From Pelomyxa schiedti (taxonomy: Eukaryota; Protista; Evosea), in NCBI GenBank assembly GCA_020536535.1, contig JAHLWZ010000810.1, positions 63,056 through 127,055 on the forward strand: a stretch of 64,000 nt of DNA. The letters run 5' to 3'. Under the pieces are notes generated by a model, which had not been told where the DNA came from, ran no database searches, and saw nothing but the letters and a program-made list of their open reading frames with translations. Below, in pieces: positions 12,316 through 22,336 of this stretch (positions are counted from its first letter, which is position 1; each line of letters starts with the position of its first letter). The position numbers were made by a program, and so were the translations under genes.

Positions 12316-14594
12316 ATGGCGGCACAGAAGGAGGGAAGGGTGTTACTGTACGGACCGTGCTGTGTGGGGAAAACGGCTCTAATGGAGTCGTATGTGCCGG
12401 TCTTGTTGCGACTCTGCTCGGCACTCCTTTTTTTTTTTTTCTTTTTACCAACGCACTTTGAAATGCAGGTATTGCAGTGGTCGATGGCGTCCGGAGTCTT
12501 ACGACGGTTCTTTGGAAGTTTCGGTGAGTAGCCCAAAAATTGTTTACATCCTTGCCAATCATGTAGTAGTACAAAAAAATGGTGGTTGTTGATTCTGTTC
12601 CTGTGATACTGGAGTTCTTGGACACGTGTGTACCAGGGACCAGTAGCATTTTTTCTTTAACGACAAAAACAAAACAAATTAAAATAAAACAAAACAAACA
12701 AACAAACAAAAAAAAGTGCTGGGCAGGAAGAATATCCTTCCATGCTATCACAGATGTATGTAACCACTTCTAGAAGATTTTTTTTTACATTGTGTGCCAC
12801 TACCAGTTTCCGGAGTGCAAATGTGGTCCTTTTATGCTTCTCTCTTGATAACCGAAGTACTTTTGATGACGCTTTGAACAGATTCTTCCCTGAAATTCGT
12901 CAAGAATCGCAGGTAGTTAAAAATAAATGGTTTCTTTACCGAACCTCTTTACCATTGGTTTGTGGGTTTTTAGGGGGTAGTCATTCTTGCTGGTCTCAGA
13001 CTAGACCTTATTAATACAGAGCACCCTTCAACCAGTGACGTATGTACTTTCTTGTGCATTGACAACCGTTTAAATATTGTTCTTACTTTGCGTGCAGCCG
13101 CCTTCAGGGACCACAGTTTCATTTCAGGAGGGTATTTCTGCAGCTATAAAAAATGCAATGTATGGTTACTTTCAATGCAGGTGCAGTGTACTATGCTATT
13201 GTTCCTTTTACCAAAACTTGTTTAGCGCCAAGCAAGCAGTTGGCCTGGACAACCTTTTTGTGGAAGTATGCCGAGCTGGGATGTTTGGCGACAAGAAGTC
13301 TATGTCCACAAAAAAACCAGGACTCTTCAGTTTTTTTTCAAAAAGATCGCATAACAAGCCAGTATCCACACAAAAGTGAACCTCTACTACTTCTATGTTC
13401 TTTTATCTCATTTTTGAAGTTCCCACCATACCGTGGATATCTCTCCAGGAACTGTTGTCCAAACTTCACTGAACGTCATCCCCAATAACATTTGGCTCTG
13501 TACGTAAGACACAAAAAGTTTTTTCCCCAACCCCACAAATCAGTTGTCATGGAATACCTTGACTTCCCGGCACTGATCCGGGTCTCTCGAACATGCAAGC
13601 TGTTTTATCACCTTGCCAAGACCGAACCAATGTGGACAAATGCATTTCGTGGGGTTTGGAATTACCCTGGCTTTGTTAAAGGATTGAGTTGGAAAAACCC
13701 CTCGTTCACATGGGACCCTGAAAGGTGTTTCCATGACTATGTTCCCCCTCCACCAAGACGCCGGCGTGTATGTATCACATATATGAGTTGGCATTCCTCA
13801 AATTGCGCAGTCCGGTTCAGATGACATTGTCTGCTTTGGTCCAAATACGAGCATCTTGCTGTCTAATAACAAGGTTTGCCCTATGAAAGACCTAGCAGTC
13901 GGGAATCAAGTTCTTGCTTTCTATCCCACTTACAATGACTGTGGTTATTTTTCTCTCGCTGTTGTGCACTGCATTTGGAAGTGTGTGTTTCGCGATTCAT
14001 ACAAAATCTCAGACCTATAGATGTCCAGTGCATCGGGCTATTCCAATGATTGTTATTCACAGCAACTCGACCGACTCAGCAACCGAGTCAGTACTTGAAA
14101 TCACGCCCGACCACCCAATTCTACAGCTGAATGACCACTGTCAACAGCACCCAGTGATTACGCAAATAACCAACAATGAACACAACAAGTGGTGCCTCCC
14201 TACCGCCCTCGGTGAACCACAAATGATTGATGTGGAGTATGTCTACAACATAGCACTGCAGTCACTCCCACCGCGGCAACACACACTCAGCATAATTCCG
14301 GCATCAGATTCCATCAACAGCGGCACCAGCACAAACGATACAGCTTCCAGTGGTTCCAGCCCCCACTGCCCTGATAATGATTGCGATGGTGTTGATTACG
14401 ACCCTAACACACAGAGACGTGGTGGAGGAGGTGTGGTGGTTGGTAGGTGGTGCTGTTGCACTCTTGGGATGAGTGTCCCTGGCTACCCTGATGACTGGTG
14501 GGGTACTGACCGTGTCATATCCTGGCTGGAATCCAGGCCTGACTTCCCAAATGTACAATCACACCCACCACTCCACCACTCCAAAAAGTGCTAG
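12316..14594 (+). CDS. Atypical Rho-like small GTPase - F-box - Hint (Vint-type) domain fusion protein
   Basis: GTPase motifs GPCCVGKT, LDTAGQEEY, VLLCFSLD, ILAGLRLDL and YFQCSAK. Introns 13376-13419, 13500-13543, 13768-13810 and 13981-14020 keep the frame through an F-box (LNVIPNNIWLFVMEYLDFPALIRVSRTCKLFYHLA) and a Hint domain (CFGPNTSILLSNNKVCPMKDLAVGNQVL; LEITPDHPIL; YVYNIAL; VVVGRWCCCTLG...WWGTDRVISWL). Confidence 0.85.
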
Positions 14595-14762
14595 TAATGA
14601 GGCTGCTCTGCTCAAGCCAACAAAAGTTTTTCCTCCTCTATTCACTCCGCATTCCTTGAAAATTTTCCGAAGATGAACAAAATTTTGTTCGTTCGTCTCA
14701 GAGCCACGGCTTTGAGAGAACAAAGGGGCTGTAAGGAAAAAAAACACAAACAAATGATACAT

Positions 14763-16206
14763 TTAACTGCCACGCAAGGGGCAGCTTGAGGTGGGTGATA
14801 AAGGGGAGATCTGTGGCTCAGGTCTCGTTGGGTTGGTGGTTGTGTCGGTGGAGGCGGAAACACGGCGCTCGCTTTTTTGTTTCTTCATTTGTGCGGGGTG
14901 CTCGCGAATGAATACTGTTGTGTTGGGTGGAATGTCCTCTTGAATCCACGAGTTTGCTCCAATACTCACATTGTCACCAATGATTATTGGGCCTAGTGTT
15001 AATGGTGAATTTTATGGAAAGTAAAATTAAGTACTTGTAGTTTGGGGGGACGTTATGCTATCATACCTAACAGTTTTGTTCCAGTTCCTATAACTACATG
15101 GTTTCCAACAGTAGGGTGCCTTTTATAGGGCCCTTTTTTGAGTGTCTTGGTGGATTCGTCAATCTCGAAGTGGAGGGCGCCGAGAGTCACGTTTTGGTAT
15201 AACCGGCACCAACTTCCAATTTCTTTAATTGACAACAAATTGAGAAACACTTATTGGCGAGGGCTTGATTACCTGCAGTTTCTCCTATCACAGTGCCCAC
15301 CCCGTGATCGATGAAGAAATACTACAGTTTTTAAGTGATTGATTTCCCATTAGCATGGACATCACACCTCACCAATTTTCGCTCCTGGATGCAGATCGAT
15401 CGCTGTTAGTCTGTGGACCATTTCACATAATTCTCTTGGATAGACAAGTGCCTTCACCAAGTAAAATTCATGTGCTATCCTTTGTATCATCACTGCAGCA
15501 AGGCCTGGAATGTCTAAGTTCCTCACAGGAAAATAGAGTGACACACTTGGATAACAGCGAATGATTTCCGCAATTGAAGCTGCTGCGGGATCACCCTGGT
15601 ATGCTGCTAAAACTACATGATCATTATAAATACAATGAACGAAGTACAGTTGAGACTCTTACCATCTTTCTTCAGTAGTTCCCGTATCTCCCCCAGCTTC
15701 AAAAATACAACGACTACCATTCCCACAACACTTAGCACATCCTGATGATACGGGAAAATCCCATCAAACATTACTCCTGCGAGGTGATTCAACTTCTCTC
15801 GCAATAGAGGCTTGTTTCCCAGTACAGCGAGTTCACAGCAGTTATAAAACCGCGGCCACATTATCTGTTAATATGAGGAACTTAGCTAGCACCCCAAGTG
15901 AATGACTACTACCTCCATAAGCAAATCCAGCTCCGTGAAGGTTATTCTCAATGGGAAGGTTACATACCTTCCCATGTTGGAGCTTGCCGTTACCCTAGAT
16001 GACTGCATCTCTCTTAGGACAGGATCCCTCCCGTCGCCTTGCTGTACTATTCGCGCTGGCGAAACAGACGCGGCAGAAGCCACCAAGGACGTGAACCGCT
16101 GGTCTGCAGAATCCAGCTCATAACTACGCTGCAGCGACGCAATCACATCGCTAGACACAATTGTGTCCAGGTGAGGAGCAAGTGGGACCGGCCAAACGTA
16201 TGACAT
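14763..16206 (-). CDS. cysE: Serine O-acetyltransferase (SAT/CysE)
   Basis: Exon peptides [62 protein letters not shown] and [17 protein letters not shown] form the SAT left-handed beta-helix signature. The first ATG is at 16206. Confidence 0.93.
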
Positions 16207-16343
16207 TCAAAGGCACTCTTTAGCAGCAACTCTGTCACCTCTGTAACTTTTGTTTTTCCAGTCTGATTGATGACTGTACGTGGCTGTGGGCCCCTTTCCA
16301 CTCAGCAAAGAATTACACACAAAACACGTTGCACCTGTGTGTA

Positions 16344-17571
16344 TCAATCTTTTGAAATGGAAAAAAATCCGGAGATGGAAGACGCCTCCCTGATCTTTAG
16401 GAACGACCTTCTCAGAGTAAAGTTATTCGTCTTCGCCACTTTTTCGCCTAAGATTGAAAGAAAATCTGGGCTTCCTAAATTTGAAAAGAAGCTTCGTTTT
16501 GATTTGATATGAACAGAAATCTTTTTGTGTGTTTTCTTGTTCGTTACAATCACAGGAACTGTAGCGACGAGTTGAATAGTGCTTCCAGATTGTGAAAGGG
16601 ATGTTATGATATTAGCAATGATGGTTTCCAATAGCGGAGCTTGGGGACATTGTGGTGGTTAATGCTGAACTGTAAAAGCCCTCGGCCACTACGAACGTTT
16701 AGCAGCTCTTTGATTGACTGGAAGGGAGGAATGATTGGTGCGGTGTCAAATTGAGGAAATGTGATGTTACCAGGAACGGGGGGCCAATAGCTGTAGAGTC
16801 TGGAAGTGCCTTGTAGCTGCCCTCATCATGTTTAAGTGCCATGCATACAGCTTCTCCAATCAGCATCAGTGCGCACGTATTCCCATCTCGAAGAGCTGAG
16901 AGAGTCATATTCAGAGCAAGTGTGACCTGCTCTGCCTTGTCACTTGGAGAGTACCTATTCAAACCGATGTTACACAAAAACTCAAAGATGGGCATTACCC
17001 TAAGAGAGTTACAAAGTCAAATAAGCAAGCCGCAGGATTTAACCACGCAGCGCCCCCACCTGCCAGTGATACAATTTTGTAGTTGTATTTGACCAATTCC
17101 TGAGCAACCATATGCCCTCTAATACCTACTTGGCAGTACTAACGAAGGTTTTTCATTTAGAATAGAGATCAACAAGTAGGGTGCAAAAGCATACCACAAC
17201 AATAAGTTTATCCTGAAAAGCCCTACGGAATGCTTCATCTCTTATAGCAGTAACAACCAATTCTCCCATCGGAATCACGGTACTATACCAATTACGAGGG
17301 GGAAACAAAGCCCCAAACAACAAATGCATGTGTAAAAAAACAAAAAAAAAAAAATAACAAAAAAAAAAAACCTATTGGGAATTGGTGGCTCCGCAGCATA
17401 AGGTTCGTCCCTCTCCACTATGCACAAAACGGCAGTCTTCGCACGGCCTTCCTCCGTAGACAGTAGCTTTTGCAGCGTCTGTCTGTGGATCTCCAGATTG
17501 TCCGCGCCCCCCGGCGACCCGCTCCCACCACTGCCGTTTAGCTTGGCACCACTCCCCGGATGGCTGCACAT
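16344..17571 (-). CDS. Rhodanese-domain + DsrE/DsrF-like domain fusion (putative sulfurtransferase); 3' end unresolved
   Basis: ATG at 17571. The spliced rhodanese fold PPIPNSTVIPMGEL...DKLIVVYCQVGIRGHMVAQELVKYNYKIVSLAGGGAAW has a CxxGxR active loop (Cys codon 17133-17135). It is followed in frame by the DsrE-like FVTLLGYSPSDKAEQVTLALNMTLSALRDGNTCALMLIGEAVCMALK...PPFLSIKELL. Confidence 0.72.
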
Positions 17572-17777
17572 CGTCGGTCGTTGTGTGTGACTTGTCACAA
17601 CCAAAACTGGAAACTGACCCGACGCCTTCCCAATCGTTTTTCCTGATTCGACCCAGCAACGAAATAGTTTCCCCTTTTCCCCTAAAGATGGTGGTGGTAC
17701 AGTGCTGTTGGGTTTCCGCAATGTGATAATTATTACTTATCCGTTGTTTGGTTTTTTTTTTGCCCCTTCGGTTTGCT

Positions 17778-20700
17778 TCAGGGGCGTGATTTTGGCTTGG
17801 GCTTGTTCTCGATAGTATCAATGTCAAATGGAGGATGCCCAAGTGGAAGGAGTGCCTGCCAGACCCTCACTGAGGCTGGATGGGGTGGTTGCTGATAGGG
17901 GTTGCATACAACTGTTTTTTTTTGGGGGGGGGTTTTGTGAGAAATTTGGGAATGTTGTTTAGAAGGTTGGGCTGGTAGGAGTACTCACAGGAATTATCTA
18001 GTTGAAGTTCTGTGTGGCACTCTGGTAGGGATGCGGCCATGGAAACTACAAAGTTGTCAAGGTCATCATGCCAGTCACCTTGGTGAAAATGTTTTTCAGT
18101 GAAAGCGTGATTGTGGAATGGAACTGACCTTCCTTTACCATGGACAGGTATCCACCAACGGTTGTATGTTGAACTTTAAGCTTGATTCGCTGGTCATTGT
18201 CCTCAAGTGGCACCAAGAATCCGGCAGTAAAAGTCTAGTTCAGTGTGTTAGTTTGGAATTTAAGAATGGGAATATGTACTTGTGCGAGATAATGGCGTGC
18301 AAGTCCATGCCAATCATTGGGAGCCAAGTTCAAAGAACTCCAGTAGTCAATCGGGGACTTTTGGTACTGGAAAAGATGGCGGGGAACAAAATCTTCCAAA
18401 AATTGCTGTTGGAAAGTATGTTTAGAGTAACGAAGACCGGTTTGTTGTCTACATACAGCTGCCATATTGATCGTCCTGAAAAGATCGGTCTTGGAGAGTT
18501 TAACATTGCCCATGTCACTGTCTTGAGGCAAACGTTTTCTTCTTTTCATGATCAACTTCTCCAACTCCTGGATTTGAGAATGCACATTCTCGTTGATGGC
18601 CCTACTTAGCTCGTGATTGGTATCCAGAATGGCGGCATATGGATGAAGACAGGTTACAAAAAGATTTTCAAGCGCCCTTTGGGGTTCCCTGTTTCGAAAT
18701 GTTACTCGTTGCGAGCAAAGAAACAACACGAAAGGAACCTCAGAAGATGCTCGGTGTAAGCCCGGTACATATCAAGTTCTCTATGTTCCATGTGAAGGTG
18801 AAGGGCTAAAAGAGCATTTTCAGGAGCAATCTGTGAGAATTCTATAAGTTGTCTATAGGGGTTATCATGATTACTTGGAAGAACAACGAAGAAGATAGAC
18901 CCTATAAAAATGTGAGGGTCAAGTATGAAATATGATGCACATACAGGACCAGCAATTCGTCTGGCCATAAATGTGTTTGCTGCTGGGACACGTGCAATAT
19001 GCTTCACAATGGTGTAGTACATTAGTGTGTCATAGGTCTCATTAATGAGCCAACGCAGAAGCCCATAGCCAGAATGAAGTGCAGCAGTGAGAGGATGGAT
19101 AGTCAAGGTAGCGAGAATAGCACTAGACGACTGCAAAACGCCAGTGACTACTATCCGCCAGAGATATCGGATAAGAGGGAACCAGTTTGTCCTTGTGCTG
19201 GGAGAGGTCATCAAAAAGTATTTAAATAGACTTAAGATTGTACATGGAATTGGAGTCATAGAGCCAGATCCTGTACAGGTGAGATACGACTACGGCGACA
19301 GGGACATATAACACTGCAGATGGAACGAGAAGTGTCGAAAGCAAGAGGTTTAAAAGGGTAAGCGGTGGTTGGCAGGTCACAATCAATGCTGTGGAAAGAG
19401 AACCCTATGCTCTTATTAGTGCAGGAGAAAGGACTCGGGGCAGAAATCGGACTAAAGCAACCTTTATCAAGTAGTTCCATATCGCGTTGAAAATACGTGA
19501 GACATTTTTGCCAAGGAAGCCTAGATCAGGGGCACTTTCAAAGTCCGAACGGGATTTGAAAGCCTAGCTACAAGCTCAACATAAACAAATAGCTGGGAAG
19601 TGCGTACGCTTGTCCAGGCTGCACTTACACGGGATGCCAGTGTACCAAGTTCTGTTTTTGATGGGGACAGTTTACCAGTGGACCAGTCAAAATCTTCACA
19701 AAAGATGTTGGAAAAAAGGAAAATACAGCTGCTTGTGTACCTAAACCAGCAGGGTACTTCTTGATTCTAAAAAGAGACTGCAAACTAAGTGGACCCATCC
19801 ACATATTAAGGACAATAATCCCATACCTAGAAAGGGACATGAACTTTTTTTGGAAGTGGAAAGTGTCGTACCAGGTATTCAACAACCAGTACCCGGTTCT
19901 GTGAAAGAGTGCTCTGACTCTCCAGAACAGTTTATCAGTGTATATTTTAACTTGTGTATGCTTGCGAATAGTGTATCTTTTCTTCAGGGAATCAGATGGC
20001 ACCTGCATCCTGGGTTACTATACTACTTAAAGTACAACCTGAGGCACAAAAACCTCTTTAATTTTCCAGTTGGCAGGGTTCCAAATTACACGGGTACACC
20101 TAATGAATTTGAAAGGTACAACTCTCCTAGCTAGCTCTTGGGCTATGGCTGACTGTTGTGTGTAAATGAATTCCGCTTCTTTATCGATTAAAAAGGCTTG
20201 CTGCTTGCACTCATTTGAATCTTTCAAGAGTTTTAGAGTAGACTCAAAATCTTCCTTTCTACAGGGGAATGAGAAATGAGACACCTTCAAGTTGATGGTT
20301 GGGTGCCCTTACTCGTGAATGCGGTCGTATTGTGCCATGGCAGCACTTAAGTTCCTTGCAAACCACTCTGGAATACGCGAAAAAAGGGGGTATTCAGCTT
20401 TTAAGCGGCGGGATACTTCTTGCTCATGGTTGTCCCGTTTCTCCTACAATATATTCTCAATTGGAAATGTCACAGCAAATTGAAAACCTTGTGCAGTGCA
20501 GAAAGATGAAATATAAGTCTTACGCAATCTAGATGCTGCAAGAGTTGTTGGGTGATATGTGGATACTGTAATAGGGAAAGTAAGAAAACGAATTGTGAGG
20601 TGTGTTTTACCAGTGCCTCCAATTTCTCAGAAACTTCCAGTATTTTTTCCCTAAGTAAGCGGTTGAATTCCTGAAGTGAATCAGGTGGTTTCCAGAAAGT

Positions 20701-22143
20701 ATGTAGTTTTATACCACAGCACACTTATCAGCCAACTGCCCTGGTGTGAGTTCCAGCAATTCTTCTTTAGTCATTGATTCCTGCACTTGCTTACAGAACA
20801 CATGTTTCACAACTTTCCATTGCTCCTCCGCTTCCACCACCGCATCATGAAGAGTGGTCCAAAACAATCTCATATGAGCATCTTTGGCATTGTCTTCACA
20901 TGCACTCCTACTTTTGATCATGAAAAGGCGCAGATCAAGCATGAAATCGTCAAGCCTTCAAGTGGCATAAGACTTAAGACCAACAACACTCATCCACCTT
21001 CTGTGGCATATCATGGGCTCCACTGTGGGAAGAGGCATAAAATCTCTAAGTTGGAACCGTTTTCTTTGAAGCTCAATCTCCCTTTCACGCTGATGGTTCT
21101 AGAAGTTCTTTATTATTTGATGTATTTTTTTTTGGTAGGACCAATCAGCACTTACATTCATGGCAGGGACCATGTCTTTCAATCCTACCAATAAGTCTGC
21201 AATCCCTCTTACACCCCGAAGAATACTGCAAATACATAAATTCTTTGAGTGGAGTTTGTGCAACTTACTTTTTTATTCCATTTTTCACGCTGAAGAAATT
21301 TCCAATAATCCTATTTGGCATCCAGACCACTACAACACGCAGTGCAGCTGCCATACTACCTACGAGGGCACCATTAACACGCTCATGGCCAGTTTGTACA
21401 AGGCGGGACAGCTTCCACAAATGAAATTGCCCTGGGAAATTAACACTAGGGACATCAAATTCTGCCTTGGCTCGAATTTGAGACAATTGAGTGGCATTCA
21501 ACTATGTGTGAGTTTTCAAAATAAAGCAGTGTCAGGCAGGATTACCTTTTTACGTCCATCAGAACCCATTGCTATTCTATTAAGGTCATCGTTCTGAGGC
21601 CTTTGGAAAAGAGGAGATTTGGTCTTGGCCTCCTCCCTACCACAAGTTTGTATTACATGGCAATGTATTACTTAGTTTGTGATGTACACCCCACCCAAAT
21701 TCTAGTAACAATAAAAGCCCAGCATCATTCAAGGGTGACCCAAAAACAGAAATCCCAAATTTGGACACACAGAGATTTACCCACCCCTTTGGCGGCTTGG
21801 GCACAGCCAATGCGCTCTCAGGCAGCCTGAAAGTGACTCGGTTCCACAGGAAGCACGCGGCGTGCACCGCGTCGCCCACGGCGCGCCTCGCCGTGTACGC
21901 GGCGGGTGGCGGGTCCCCCTTGGGCTGCTGCTGCTGCCGCTGCGGCGGCATCGGGGCCAGCGGCACGGGGCCGCGGCGCGCCTCCATCACCCCCGCGGCC
22001 CCCCCAGGAGCCGGGCCCCACTCCGCCTCCCACTCCACGGCCCCCAGCTCGGGCGGCGGGGCCGTGGGCGACGACGTGCTGCTGGTGGTCGCGGTCGTGG
22101 TGGACGTCGTGGGGGTCGTGGCCTCGGCCCCTTGGTCGTCCAT
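17778..22143 (-). CDS. Uncharacterised, probably multi-pass membrane protein (multi-exon)
   Basis: GC-rich first exon from ATG 22143 followed by a chain of minus-strand ORF fragments (FWRVRALFHRTGYWLLNTW, hydrophobic 18702-19259 with RVPAANTFMARRIAGP, NDWHGLARHYL, FLVPLEDNDQRIKL) separated by short introns. The 3' end is approximate. Confidence 0.65.
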
Positions 22144-22336
22144 GTTTATTGCTTGTTTGTTGCCTTTGTTGTTTGTTTTTTTTTTTTGTTGTTGCGGACA
22201 AGTGCCTTTTTAGGGGATTTCGGTTTCAAAAAAAGTGAAACAGCATTGACTTGTTTTCGTGTGGCGGGTTTTGGTTGGGCATGGAACATAGACACGCAGA
22301 AACTGGCAATAGGACATCTACTCGTAGACTTGGGGA

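Noticed and set aside
13077-13824. Stand-alone GTPase ending at 13379 and a separate F-box gene
   Set aside because: The gap has no ATG in the F-box frame before the F-box core, the TGA lies in a typical-length GT-AG intron, and splicing restores the F-box N-terminal consensus. A short isoform from intron retention is not excluded.
13832-14594. A true intein or homing element in the Hint region
   Set aside because: There is no LAGLIDADG/HNH endonuclease, no terminal His-Asn plus nucleophile and no C-extein. It is a C-terminal Hint domain interrupted by a spliceosomal intron.
16200-16215. Selenocysteine read-through at the TGA abutting the SAT ATG
   Set aside because: SAT has no catalytic Cys/Sec at this position and I saw no SECIS-like element after 14763. 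Ordinary termination or splicing explains it more simply.
18235-18400. hAT transposase dimerisation-like motif (PIDYWSSL...WHGLARHYL)
   Set aside because: There is no downstream S..ER.FS motif, no DDE core and no terminal inverted repeats. The segment is an internal exon of the 17778-22143 gene.
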